From: Planctomycetota bacterium
GTDB taxonomy: Bacteria; Planctomycetota; GCA-002687715; CAIWVZ01
Direction of reading: 5' to 3'
Length of the DNA stretch: 64,000 nt
NCBI GenBank assembly: GCA_044222185.1
Contig: JBGANV010000006.1
Coordinates: 128,001 to 192,000, forward strand
Part shown: in pieces, positions 18,501 to 27,561 of the stretch
Layout: the number at the start of each line of letters is the position of its first letter
How positions within the stretch are numbered: the first letter of the stretch is position 1
Notes under the pieces: generated by a model
What the model was told of the DNA's origin: nothing
Databases searched by the model: none
What the model saw: the letters and a program-made list of their open reading frames with translations, nothing else
Program-made: the position numbers and the translations under genes

Positions 18501-19118
18501 GAGGAACTGATCGAAGCCCATGGCGCCGGCGTTCTTCAGGTTCGGCACGACGAGCGTGCGCGTGCCGTTCTTGCCTTCGAGGTCGATGGCGAGACCGAGG
18601 TTGATCGCCTCCCTGCGGATGCGGATGGGCTGATCGCCGTCCTGCGTGAAGGCCGCGTTCAGCTGCGGCATCTCGCGCACCGCACGCACGATGGCGAACG
18701 CGATGAAGTGCGTGAAGGAGGCCTTGGGACGTCCCGCCACGTTCAGGTGGCGGTTCAGGATGTTGCGATTCTCGTCCAGGAGTCGCACGGATAGCGAGCG
18801 GACCGACGTCGCCGTGGGGATTCCCAGGCTGTCTTCCATGTTCCGGACGATCTTCGCGGCGACGCCGCGCAGCGGTTCGTGATCGGCGGGCCGTGCGCCA
18901 GGCTCGGCGCCATCCGCCGTCGCCGGCGCTGCGATCGACGCGACGGCGGCCGGTCGCGCCGCGTGATCGCGCGCCCGTTCCGGGGCGATCCGCTCGAAGT
19001 ACGTCCTCCAGTCCTCGGCGACGTTCGTCGGTTCATCGGACCAGCGCGCGAAGAGATCGTCGACGTAGGCGGCATTCGCCCCGAACTCGGGCGAAAAATC
19101 TGGATGGCTCGACTGCAT
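15513..19118 (-). CDS. kgd: Multifunctional 2-oxoglutarate dehydrogenase E1 with fused acyltransferase (E2-like) domain (Kgd/OdhA type)
   Basis: FGANAAYV N-terminus; acyltransferase motif TSTYDHRIIQGA; KRFSLEGAE, GMAHRGRLN, TPP motif HGDAAFAGQG, WEAQFGDF, GQGPEHSS. Confidence 0.96.
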   Translation of the reverse strand: MQSSHPDFSPEFGANAAYVDDLFARWSDEPTNVAEDWRTYFERIAPERARDHAARPAAVASIAAPATADGAEPGARPADHEPLRGVAAKIVRNMEDSLGIPTATSVRSLSVRLLDENRNILNRHLNVAGRPKASFTHFIAFAIVRAVREMPQLNAAFTQDGDQPIRIRREAINLGLAIDLEGKNGTRTLVVPNLKNAGAMGFDQFLAAYGDAVDRARLGKLTPDDFQGTTITLTNPGTIGTVASVPRLMPGQGLIVATGAIAYPAEYQSASSEMLTQLGISKVMTMTSTYDHRIIQGAESGLLLHRIDELLQGKDAFYEEIFESLDCPHTPWKRAQDRNAMLAGGGAPSLEVIEKQARVLQLINAYRVRGCRIADLDPLEFKPEFHPELDLATYGLTVFDLDRVFMTGGLGGKPMATLREILEILLDTYSRRIGVEYMHISDPKKKAWLQQRMEPTRNLEPFAPKEQRRILEKLNAAEAFEKFLHTRYLGHKRFSLEGAETLIPMLDELLNRATTREAKHAVIGMAHRGRLNVLVNTFNKSYGKVFSEFEGLVDPSTVQGSGDVKYHLGADGEHITPEGRRLPITLASNPSHLEAVNPVVEGLARAKQEDGPADDRRAVLPILIHGDAAFAGQGVVAETLNMSQLAGYRTGGTVHIVINNQIGYTAGPKSTRSTYYCTDMAKSIGAPILHVNGDYPESCLRAIRVAFDYREQFAGDVVVDMVCYRRHGHNETDEPAYTQPLMYQKIARQISVRDRYGRLLVQRKQMTEAERQASVDAYAEQLRLALEQFRALPAAPEPEALAIRPPAEDPRDFQDEPSQETGVARETLERILTVATQPPEGHHVHPNLARQLKRRVDMLHGELPIDWGCGEALAFGSLLAEGTPIRLAGQDSGRGTFSQRHSVVRDQADEKDWIPLNHVSEGQARFEVVDSLLSEEAGLGFEFGFALARPQSLVLWEAQFGDFCNGAQIQIDQFLAASEAKWNQTSGVVMLLPHGYDGQGPEHSSGRVERFLQLCATGNMTVANCTTAAQYFHLLRRQAKLATKRPLIVMTPKSLLKKKEAGSTSAEFTTGAFRPVIDDGADPALVTRVLICSGKVYFDLDEWRVQNAIKDTAIIRLEQLYPLPRRALQDAVARYLKGFKNLAWVQEEPKNMGAWSFMLPQFQDLGMKARYVGRAASSSPATGSLRMHQAEQADLVRRAFG

Positions 19119-19201
19119 GGCCGACGGTCTTAGCAATCGACCGCAGAGGGTGGGAGAGGCCCGCGGGTGCGTGGTGGCACGATGCGGGTAATGTGGTCGC
19201 C

Positions 19202-19933
19202 ATGGCCAGACAGCTTCGGTCGCGGAGTGGATTTCACCTGTGGCTTTTCATCGGCAGCGTGTGCCTTTTTGGTTGCACGTCGTCGGACGGCGGGCCCACG
19301 ACGCGCCCCGCGAGCGTTCGTCCCGGGATCAACGACCCCTATCGGAGCGACCCGATCGCCGATCACTGGGTTGCGAAGTTCGAGATCGAAAGCCGCGAGG
19401 TGTATGCGCAGCGAGCGCGGATCGCGGCGGAGTGCGGCGTGACTCAGGGGATGCACGTCGCCGACGTCGGAGCGGGGACGGGCATCCTCACGCGCGAATT
19501 CGCCGGACTCGTCGGCCCATCGGGCCAGGTCTTCGCCGTCGATCTGATGCCGTCGTTCGTCGAGCACATCGCGGCGCGCGTGAAGGCCGACGGGATGACC
19601 AACGTCACGACCGTGCTGTGCAAGGAAGACTCCGTCGAGCTGCCGGACGCCAGCATCGATCTGGCGTTCGTGTGCGACACCTACCACCACTTCGAGTACC
19701 CGGCATCGACGCTCGCTTCGATCCATCGCGCGCTGCGCCCCGGCGGACGGCTCGTCGTCGTGGACTTCATCCGGATCCCGGGCAGGACTCCCCAATGGGT
19801 CCTCGATCACGTGCGCGCGGGGGAAGAGGTGTTCACCGCCGAGATCGTCGCCGCCGGCTTCGACGTCATCGGCGCGAAGCGTTGGATGAACGACAACTAC
19901 TTCGTCGAATTCCGTCGTCGTGAGACGCCTTGA
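19202..19933 (+). CDS. Class I SAM-dependent methyltransferase with predicted lipoprotein signal
   Basis: Lipobox-like LFG-C; motif I VADVGAGTG; DTYHHFEYP; ALRPGGRLVVVDF. Confidence 0.85.
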   Translation: MARQLRSRSGFHLWLFIGSVCLFGCTSSDGGPTTRPASVRPGINDPYRSDPIADHWVAKFEIESREVYAQRARIAAECGVTQGMHVADVGAGTGILTREFAGLVGPSGQVFAVDLMPSFVEHIAARVKADGMTNVTTVLCKEDSVELPDASIDLAFVCDTYHHFEYPASTLASIHRALRPGGRLVVVDFIRIPGRTPQWVLDHVRAGEEVFTAEIVAAGFDVIGAKRWMNDNYFVEFRRRETP

Positions 19934-19954
19934 CTCGTCGCACGATCGCCGTGC

Positions 19955-20731
19955 TCACTCGATGACGTAGGCGCCCGCGGCGTCGGCGTGGACGGCAGGC
20001 GGGACGTGCGTCGCCTCGAACGCCGTGAACGCAGGCGCGAGCGTCCGCCAGAACGCAACGAGTTCCGGCTTCTCGCCAAATCGGGCGGAGAGCCACGTCA
20101 TTCCCGGCTCGTCCAGGCGTGCGGGAAAGACGTGGACTGCGATCCTCCCCGGGCGGCCTTGCGTCGTGTCGAGCGCCAGCACGTAGATCTCGTCGATGAC
20201 CGCGTCCGTCATCGCGAGACACCCGATGCTCTCGGTTCCGCCGTGGATGCAGATGTCGGCGCCGGGGCGCTCGCGGTCCGACAGGATTCGATCGGATGCG
20301 TTGGGGTAGTCGAGCTTCAGGGAGAGGTGGAGTCGGCTTTGCGGCAGGAACTCACGCACGAGGTAGAAGCCCTCGGGCACCTGGAGATCACCCGAGCGTC
20401 GCTTCGGGCCGAGGCCGCCCGACATGCCTGCGATGGCGTACGTGCGAAGGCGTTCGAATGGTCTTGCTTGCGTCCCTCGCACCCAGACTTCGAGTTCGCG
20501 TTCGTGCTTGAACGCGCGAATGAACATCTCGGCCGGAGGGTACGCGATGCCGAGCGCGCGGGAGGCGTCGCGGAGCGGGGCCTCGGTTCGGCCTCGAGCT
20601 TCGGCGACCCGCACGCGGCCGGGTTTCGTCATGTCGACGAGGCGGCTCCAGTAGCGCGAGGCGACGAGCGCCGTAGCCCCGGCGCCGATGACGACGACCG
20701 TGAGGGAGATGACGACGCTGCGTCGTGCCAT
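19955..20731 (-). CDS. YafK/DpaA-like L,D-transpeptidase family protein
   Basis: RAFKHERELEVW, GPKRRSGDLQVPEGFY, LDYPNASD, catalytic IHGG-x3-IGC. Confidence 0.9.
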   Translation of the reverse strand: MARRSVVISLTVVVIGAGATALVASRYWSRLVDMTKPGRVRVAEARGRTEAPLRDASRALGIAYPPAEMFIRAFKHERELEVWVRGTQARPFERLRTYAIAGMSGGLGPKRRSGDLQVPEGFYLVREFLPQSRLHLSLKLDYPNASDRILSDRERPGADICIHGGTESIGCLAMTDAVIDEIYVLALDTTQGRPGRIAVHVFPARLDEPGMTWLSARFGEKPELVAFWRTLAPAFTAFEATHVPPAVHADAAGAYVIE

Positions 20732-20763
20732 GAGCGATCACTCGATGCGCGTGTGCCGCTGCG

Positions 20764-22485
20764 TCAGAAGCCCGTCCAGTCGTAATTCCCGGACGCATTC
20801 GGCGTGAAGACGAGCGCGTTGAGTCCGGGAACGAGCGGACCCGCCTGCCCGAACATGTAGACCATGTCGGTGGCGTTGTTCGGCCCGTTCACCGGCCCTC
20901 CGACGAAGAACGTCGTCTGACCGGGGTCGGTGGCGCCGCCGGGTCCGCCGGGGCTCAGTCCGAGGAACATGCTGTTCGAGATGCCCGTGACCGGCGGGAA
21001 CGTGAGGAAGCTCGTGATGCCCGAGATCGTGACTGCGCCGCTCACGGTGTCGATCTCGACGTAGAACGTCGCCTGGAGACCCGGGCTGCCGTAGTACGGC
21101 ACGGAGGTCCAGCTGACGCGGAAGAGGCCGGGTGCAGGTACGGACGCCACGATCGATCCGCCGCTGTTGGGCGTGAGGTCGCACCACGCACCCGCCGACG
21201 GCCCCTGCGTCATCGCGGACGCGACGAGCGGCACCGCGTCGCCGCTGCCGGTCGGTCCCCACATGAGTCGGCCGTTCGAACACACGTGCGTGACCGTGTA
21301 CGAGAGGCCGAAGAATGGAACCGTCACCGGACCGCAGAGGGGCATCGCGCCCGTCGTGATCGACACCACGCCGTTGTCCGCGATCGGCCCGGGCACGTTG
21401 ACTGACGAGACCGTCGTCAACTGGTTCGCCGCGGAAAGGCGGAACCCTTCCGCGTTCGTCGGATCGAGAACGATCATCTGCACCGAGACCAGCGCCGGAG
21501 CGGGCAGTGAGGCGGTGATCGCCGCCGGTGCGATGGGCGCGAAGTTCGGCGCGAACAGACCGGCGAACGTCGGGTCCGAGATGTTCAGGTTCAGGTGCTG
21601 CCCGCCGGGCGTCGCGAATCCGCCCGCGTTCGACGGCACGGCTGCGGACGCAGTGAAGAAGAGGTCGAACGGATTGCCCGTGAGCGTGGTCCCGATGGTT
21701 GCGATGACCGGCGCTCCGCTACACGTGGTGACGGTGATTGGGCCGCCGGTGCACGGCGGCGGCGACTGGCCGTTCAGGTCCAGGCTCGCCTGGGTGGAGT
21801 TCACCTGCCACGGCGACTGCCCGAGGGTGTAGTCGATCTTGATCACGGGCACGGATTCGTTGTTCGCCGTCGTGCGAGTTCCGATCGAGCAGAGCACCGT
21901 GTTGCCGTACGAGTTGCCGCCGTTGATCCCCGTCGCTCCGACCTGGGCGTCGAGCGGGATCCCGAGCGTCGTCGTCGTCGCGCACTTCTCCACCTGGACG
22001 AGGAAGTCCAGGCCGAGCGTCGGGTTGTAGGCGAACGGCGCCGTCAGCGGGATCGGGATCCAGTTGGCGGTCGCAGTCCCCGACGCCGTGATCGGCCCGG
22101 TGGTCCACGCTCCGTTGAACACGACCGTGGCGTTCGTACCCACGTTCGCGGCAAAGCTCGTGCTCTGCGCCGTCGCCGTGTAGTTGTTGGGCGACGACGA
22201 GCACGTCACGCGGACGTTGGGAAAGTTGCCGCCAGCACTCACGAGCGTCGGCTGGCTGGCGCGAACGGAGATCCCCGTGATCGTGATGGGCCCGGTGGCC
22301 TGGAACTGCCCCGAGTCGTAAACCCACTGCCAGACCTGGGACGAAGTGGAGTTGAAGGGGCTCTGGGCCGTCCCGTTTCCGTCGATGCTGAGGAGGCCGT
22401 TGGGAAGCGTCTGGGTGCAGGCCTGACCGCGGGCGACCGCACTCGAGAACAGGAGCGCATGAATGAGGGCGATGCGTCGGATCAT
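20764..22485 (-). CDS. Secreted hypothetical protein (Thr/Gly/Pro-rich beta domains)
   Basis: Signal MIRRIALIHALLFSSAVARG-Q; coding-like composition; no recognisable catalytic motif. Confidence 0.8.
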   Translation of the reverse strand: MIRRIALIHALLFSSAVARGQACTQTLPNGLLSIDGNGTAQSPFNSTSSQVWQWVYDSGQFQATGPITITGISVRASQPTLVSAGGNFPNVRVTCSSSPNNYTATAQSTSFAANVGTNATVVFNGAWTTGPITASGTATANWIPIPLTAPFAYNPTLGLDFLVQVEKCATTTTLGIPLDAQVGATGINGGNSYGNTVLCSIGTRTTANNESVPVIKIDYTLGQSPWQVNSTQASLDLNGQSPPPCTGGPITVTTCSGAPVIATIGTTLTGNPFDLFFTASAAVPSNAGGFATPGGQHLNLNISDPTFAGLFAPNFAPIAPAAITASLPAPALVSVQMIVLDPTNAEGFRLSAANQLTTVSSVNVPGPIADNGVVSITTGAMPLCGPVTVPFFGLSYTVTHVCSNGRLMWGPTGSGDAVPLVASAMTQGPSAGAWCDLTPNSGGSIVASVPAPGLFRVSWTSVPYYGSPGLQATFYVEIDTVSGAVTISGITSFLTFPPVTGISNSMFLGLSPGGPGGATDPGQTTFFVGGPVNGPNNATDMVYMFGQAGPLVPGLNALVFTPNASGNYDWTGF

Positions 22486-22757
22486 GGGGTGGCTCCGGGC
22501 TGGCGCGGGTGGTCGAGGATGACCGAGCCCATCGGACCGCCAGGATACTGCCGGCATGCGCCGCGCGTAAGCCGCGGATCCGGGCGCTTCGGCCTCGATG
22601 AACCCCTGCGGCGTCGTGAAGCTGACGATCGGGCGCACCTCGGGTGGCCCTCGGGGCCGCATCCTCGGTCGGACCGTGCGGCCGCGATCGCCGTAACTGC
22701 GGCTCGGTTGCCGTGTAGACTGTCCACACCCACGGTCCGCGCCAGTCTGGCTTGCGT

Positions 22758-25379
22758 ATGCATCGGTTCGGCATCCTGTCGAAGATCCTCGTGTCGGCGT
22801 GCGCCACGTCCATCTGCGTTGGACTGTCCGCGCAGGCGCAGTTCCGCGTTCCGCGCCTCGAGACGGACGGCCGCACGTATCGCGCCGCGGCAGACCTGGA
22901 CCTGGATGGCAAGTCCGAGTTGATCGGTTTCCTCGCCGGGAATCTCGTCGTCTGGCGGCCCGCGACCGACGGGAGCTACCAGCCGTGGATCCAACTGTCG
23001 GGAGTTCAGGCCGCCGACGCTCCCGTCGCTGCAATCGACATGACGGGCGACAACCTGCCGGAGATCGTCGTCGTCGTCCCCGGTGCAACGATGGCGGCCA
23101 CCGCGCTTGCGGTGTATTCGGTGGTGTCGGGGCCCGCGCTCGTGCAGTTGCTGACGATCCCGATCGGGCTCCAGGTCATGTCCCTTTCCGCGGGCGAGGT
23201 GACCGGTGACGGCGTCGCCGACCTCCTCGTTTCGACCGTTACGCCCCTCCCCCTGCCACCCTTCTCGGTGGTGTCACTGCGGTGGATCACGGTGACGGTG
23301 AACGGCTTCGTCGTGCTTCCGGCGTTCACGTTGCCTCTCGGGGGGCAGAATCCGCAGACGATCGTCCCGTGGGATTCGAATTCCGACGGTCTGACGGAGG
23401 TGATCGTTCACGAGGCGCTACCGAACCTCACGATCGGTCTGCGGGTCTACAACTGCGCTGGTGGCACATTCACTCCTGGCAGCCTGCTTCCGATCGCGTC
23501 AGCGAACGGATCGAGCGTCGTCGTCCTCGATCTGGATGCCGATGGCCGCAAGGACGTCGCCTTGCTTTCAGTCGACGGCTCCTCGCCGGCGGCGACGGTT
23601 GCGACGGTCCGTCAGGTGCCATCGGTGGGGTGGGTGGCCGGACCACAGAGCACGGTCTATGGGCCCGGGCCACAGTCCTTGGGGTGGGCATTCGGCGGGG
23701 ACATCGATGGCGATGGCGACGGAGACATCGCCTACCGGGCCGATCCGCCCACGTCGTCCAGCTGGCCCAATCGCCTCTCGCTCCTGCGCAACGACGGCAC
23801 GGGCCGGTTCACGATGGCGGTCGCGTTCGCGCTCGGGCAGTCGGGCAGCGGCGGGCCCGGGCTCGCGGATATCAACGCCGATGGTCGCACCGACTTCATC
23901 GGACCCGGGGAGATCCTCGCGATCGACGATGGGATCAGCGGGCCGAAGTACTGGTCGCAGAACGAGGTCGATGGGATCCTGGCCGACGCCGACGGCGACG
24001 GCGACGTCGACCGCGTGGCACGGAGCACGATGACCGTGTACTCGAACGCCGGCGATGGGGGACTGATCTTCCCGCCGATCTCCGCGCAGATCCCGCTCCC
24101 TCCGGGTGCCACCGCGGCGGCCTGCAACCTCGTCGAGGACCTGGACGGCGACGGCCTCTACGAGGGCATCTTCACGGTGAATGGTGGGTCCGGCACTCAG
24201 CGCGTGATGATTGCGCGGCCGGATGGGTCGCTTCAGGATCAGGGCCAGCTCCTGCCGTCGACCGCGCCGGTCGACGTGAGCGGCGGGCTCGTGGCCGACG
24301 TCGATCAGGACGGATTCCTCGACATCGTCGCACCTGCTGGCGTGCTTCGCCGGATCCCCGGGGGCACGTACCAGGTCTACGCATCTCCGTGGGCCGGGTG
24401 GACGCCGCGTGCCGTCGGTGATGTGGACGGTGACGGTCGCCCGGACGTTCTCGCTGCTCCCGCCGCCGTCGCTCTGGCCGGGACCATGCGCTGGTACCGG
24501 AACCTGGGCGCCGGGGCCTTCGCGTCGGTGTCGGTTGCCATGACGGGGATCACGGTGACGAGCCTTCGCGCTCGCGACCTCGACGGCGACGGCGATCTGG
24601 ACGTCGTCTGCATCCGCGCGCCGTCCGGGTCCCTGGCTTCAGGTGGCCGGGTGCTTGGCATCCGGCCGTGGCAGGGAGCGGCGTTTGGTCCGGCGACGGA
24701 AGTGCCGGTCTCCGACTTCGCGCAGCACTCGGACGTCGGCGACGTCGACTTGGACGGCGCGCTCGACATCCTCGCGTTCGAGGACGGCTTCGAGGTGGCA
24801 CGCGCGGACATCCTGTACGGAACGCCATCGGGCCCACTCACCGGGCACCGGGAGACCTTCGCGACGCCGCGGTCGCGCCAACTTGCGGACATGGATGGCG
24901 ACGGCGACCTGGACCTCTTCGGAGAATCCGTCGTCCTCAATCGGACGGTGGATGCGCCGGTCGTAGGGACGCGGCGGCAGTTTGGATTCGCGGGTGGCTC
25001 GAGCCTCAGGCCGAGTCCGCTTCGCTACCCGACGCTCGGACTCCTTGGTCCGCTCGGTCAGTCGACTTCCGCGGTCCTGCGTGCGCGGGGTTTCGAGGGA
25101 GGCGCCCCCGGCTATCTCGGCCTCTCGCTTCAACAGGCCGTGCCTCCGGTGGCGGTGGTTCCCGGCCTCGTGCTTCAGATATGGCCGATCGCGGGGGTCC
25201 TTCCGCTCGCGACCAATGGGACGCCGGGCGTTCCCGGTTCGGGTGTCTTCACGGCCCCCGTCGCCATTCCGCCATCGCTTGCGGGGAGCCACTTCTACCT
25301 CCAGGCAGCGTTCGCGGATGCGTCGGCGCCGGCCGGCGCGGTCGTCACGAACGGCCTCGAAATCCAGATCGGGCAGTGA
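22758..25379 (+). CDS. Secreted FG-GAP/VCBS repeat protein with C-terminal orphan beta module
   Basis: Signal peptide; more than 10 DxDGDG-type repeats; ends ...IPPSLAGSHFYLQAAFADASAPAGAVVTNGLEIQIGQ. Confidence 0.88.
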   Translation: MHRFGILSKILVSACATSICVGLSAQAQFRVPRLETDGRTYRAAADLDLDGKSELIGFLAGNLVVWRPATDGSYQPWIQLSGVQAADAPVAAIDMTGDNLPEIVVVVPGATMAATALAVYSVVSGPALVQLLTIPIGLQVMSLSAGEVTGDGVADLLVSTVTPLPLPPFSVVSLRWITVTVNGFVVLPAFTLPLGGQNPQTIVPWDSNSDGLTEVIVHEALPNLTIGLRVYNCAGGTFTPGSLLPIASANGSSVVVLDLDADGRKDVALLSVDGSSPAATVATVRQVPSVGWVAGPQSTVYGPGPQSLGWAFGGDIDGDGDGDIAYRADPPTSSSWPNRLSLLRNDGTGRFTMAVAFALGQSGSGGPGLADINADGRTDFIGPGEILAIDDGISGPKYWSQNEVDGILADADGDGDVDRVARSTMTVYSNAGDGGLIFPPISAQIPLPPGATAAACNLVEDLDGDGLYEGIFTVNGGSGTQRVMIARPDGSLQDQGQLLPSTAPVDVSGGLVADVDQDGFLDIVAPAGVLRRIPGGTYQVYASPWAGWTPRAVGDVDGDGRPDVLAAPAAVALAGTMRWYRNLGAGAFASVSVAMTGITVTSLRARDLDGDGDLDVVCIRAPSGSLASGGRVLGIRPWQGAAFGPATEVPVSDFAQHSDVGDVDLDGALDILAFEDGFEVARADILYGTPSGPLTGHRETFATPRSRQLADMDGDGDLDLFGESVVLNRTVDAPVVGTRRQFGFAGGSSLRPSPLRYPTLGLLGPLGQSTSAVLRARGFEGGAPGYLGLSLQQAVPPVAVVPGLVLQIWPIAGVLPLATNGTPGVPGSGVFTAPVAIPPSLAGSHFYLQAAFADASAPAGAVVTNGLEIQIGQ

Positions 25380-25406
25380 GCCGACCGGTCGCGGCAGCGC
25401 TCCCGG

Positions 25407-26318
25407 TCACCGCACGAGCTGCGGCGTGTCCGGGATCGCCGGGCCGCCGATGGATTCACCGTACATCGGCGTCGTCACGAGCACGCCGTACTCCCGGAAG
25501 ACGAACATGAGATCGAACTGGTCGGTCATCATTCGCAGGAATGCAGCCAGCGTCACGGGCTCGTTGAACGGAGTCGTGACCTTCGCCTCGGTCAGAGCGG
25601 CGTCCTCCTGAGCCGACCGGTGAACCACGAAAGAGAGCGCCGTCGACTTGGCGAGACTGTCGAGGACTTCGCTCAGCGGAGCCTCCTTGAAACGCGTCGA
25701 GATCTTCGCCGAGAGTGGCCCCTCGACCATCGCAGCCGGAAGGGCAGGCCGATGGGCGGTGACGGGCGGGGTTGGCGCAGTGGGTGCCGGCACGAGTTGG
25801 TTGCTGAACGGGTCCGGTCCGTGCCCGCTGCCCGACTGGCTCGCGCCCCCCGACGCCAGCATGTAGCGCAGCCCCGCCTCCAGCTGGGAGAGGTCCATCT
25901 GCGCCTTCTGCAGGGTGAACCTGGCGGCCAGCACGTCGGTTTGCGACGCGGCGCCCGCCCCGCCGGCCTGCGCGATCCTCTCCCAGGTCAACTTCGCCTG
26001 CTCGATCGCCATCACCTGCTTCTCGCGCTCGTTGTGCAGCGCGATCACCTCGCGTGCGACCTTCAGCCGGACCTGGCTGAGTTCGGCCTCGGCTTGTCGC
26101 AGCTTCGCTTCGGCGAGGACGACGTCCGGGTTGGCGCGGAGCGCGACGGAGATCGTTTCGTCCAGGGTGCTCGGAATGTCGGGCAGGCGCCGCTCCGAGG
26201 AGGCGGCGCCCCCTCGCGTCGGGGCTCCAGGGCCGGCCCGTCCGGCTTCCTGGCCGAAGGTGGCTGCGGAGAACGCAAGGCACATCGTTGCGATGGTGAC
26301 CAATCGAACGGGTTTCAT
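25407..26318 (-). CDS. Secreted protein with TolC/OEP-like helical segment and STN-like domain
   Basis: GGAGG RBS and signal peptide; TLDETISVALRANPDVVLAEAKLRQAEAEL...SQTDVLAARFTLQKA; C-terminal ISTRFKEAPLSEVLDSLAKSTALSFVV. Confidence 0.7.
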   Translation of the reverse strand: MKPVRLVTIATMCLAFSAATFGQEAGRAGPGAPTRGGAASSERRLPDIPSTLDETISVALRANPDVVLAEAKLRQAEAELSQVRLKVAREVIALHNEREKQVMAIEQAKLTWERIAQAGGAGAASQTDVLAARFTLQKAQMDLSQLEAGLRYMLASGGASQSGSGHGPDPFSNQLVPAPTAPTPPVTAHRPALPAAMVEGPLSAKISTRFKEAPLSEVLDSLAKSTALSFVVHRSAQEDAALTEAKVTTPFNEPVTLAAFLRMMTDQFDLMFVFREYGVLVTTPMYGESIGGPAIPDTPQLVR

Positions 26319-26329
26319 TGGCGAACCTC

Positions 26330-26863
26330 CTATGGGTTGGATTGTTTGAGCGACGTCAAGAGCCAGCTGTCCGTCGGATCGAAGCGTTTGCGATCGGTGG
26401 GGGACGCCGAATCCAGCATGGCCCGGTAGCAGCGGAGGGCCGACACCACGTCGACGTCGTCGTTGAGGAAGCGGTCGCCGGCGAGCTTGAACAGAAGGAG
26501 TCGCTGATCGGCCGGTGCGGTGCGGGCGCGCTCCTCGATCTGGGCCGGCGATGGGCGAACCGGGGGTGCCTCGGCAGTGATCGAGTTGCCGGCGTCGACC
26601 CGCGGAACGATCGCCGCCGCCGGCGAAGTCGCGGGCTTCGGCGCGTCCGGACGAAGCCACGGCGCAACGGCGACGCCCGCGACGAAGCACGCCGTGAACG
26701 TCGTGGCGATCGCCATGCGGCGCAGACGGCGCCTCGCGACCAGACGCTTCGCCGTCGCGAGGAAGATCCGCTCGCGAAGCGCATCGCCGGTTGGAGAGGG
26801 TTGGAACACGTCGGGCTGATCCTTGATGGCGGAGAGCAACGCGTCGTCGTCAGCGTGGTTCAT
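26330..26863 (-). CDS. Putative anti-sigma factor (single TM)
   Basis: ATGA-coupled to an ECF sigma; short N-domain, Arg cluster, TM helix, Pro-rich linker, helical C-domain. Confidence 0.7.
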   Translation of the reverse strand: MNHADDDALLSAIKDQPDVFQPSPTGDALRERIFLATAKRLVARRRLRRMAIATTFTACFVAGVAVAPWLRPDAPKPATSPAAAIVPRVDAGNSITAEAPPVRPSPAQIEERARTAPADQRLLLFKLAGDRFLNDDVDVVSALRCYRAMLDSASPTDRKRFDPTDSWLLTSLKQSNP

Positions 26864-27453
26864 GGGCCCTCGATTCCTCCCATGTGGGCGTCGAGCGCGT
26901 CGAAGGCGCGACGGAACGCGTCGCGAGCTCGCACGAGCATGGACTCGACGGACTTGGGTGTGCGCCCCGTGGCCGTCGCGATCTCGTTCACGGGGCGGCC
27001 GTCGTGGTACTTCCAGCGGAGCACGTCGCGGTAGTTCGCAGGGAGCGTGCTCATGGCGACCGCGATCTGATGTTGCAGCTCCGTGTGCGCGCTCGCGTCC
27101 GAGGGCGAGCGTTCCGGCTGCGTCGGCGCGATCCTCTCGTCGAGCGTCGTCCCCTCGACGCGGTCGCGCCTCTCCCACCGCCGTTGCTGGTTCTTCAGCA
27201 CGAGGGCGGCGATGCCGATCACCCACGCGACGAACGGCCCGCGCTCCGGGTCGAAGGTCTTGATGCGGCGAAGAGCGACCATCCACGTCTCCTGAAGGAC
27301 TTCCTCGGCGCGATCGGCGCGCTGCCCCGTGCGGCCCCGCACGAATGTGTGGGCACCGTCGAATCCACGTTCGTAGAGAATGCGCCAGGCCGCGTCGTCG
27401 CCAGCGGCGACGGCGTCTCGGAGGAGCCGTTCCTGCCAGATGCGTTCGTCCAC
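26860..27453 (-). CDS. ECF sigma factor
   Basis: GDDAAWRILYER, AEEVLQETW, FDPERGPFVAWVIGIA, LPANYRDVLRWKY...EIA...KSVESMLVRAR. Confidence 0.93.
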   Translation of the reverse strand: MDERIWQERLLRDAVAAGDDAAWRILYERGFDGAHTFVRGRTGQRADRAEEVLQETWMVALRRIKTFDPERGPFVAWVIGIAALVLKNQQRRWERRDRVEGTTLDERIAPTQPERSPSDASAHTELQHQIAVAMSTLPANYRDVLRWKYHDGRPVNEIATATGRTPKSVESMLVRARDAFRRAFDALDAHMGGIEGP

Positions 27454-27561
27454 GAGTTGTGGGACTCCGCCGGCCGCGGCGGGTCACGCGGGGAATTGTC
27501 GCTTCGCGGGCCGATCCTTCGTGGGATCGGGAATTCCGACCCGAACGGCGCGGAGTGCGGA

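Noticed and set aside
16266-18794. 842-aa + strand ORF and similar long antisense ORFs (1423..3387-, 38243..41248-, 41535..43247-, 52771..55407+, 59201..61123-)
   Set aside because: Shadow ORFs antisense to motif-supported genes, as expected from high-GC codon bias.
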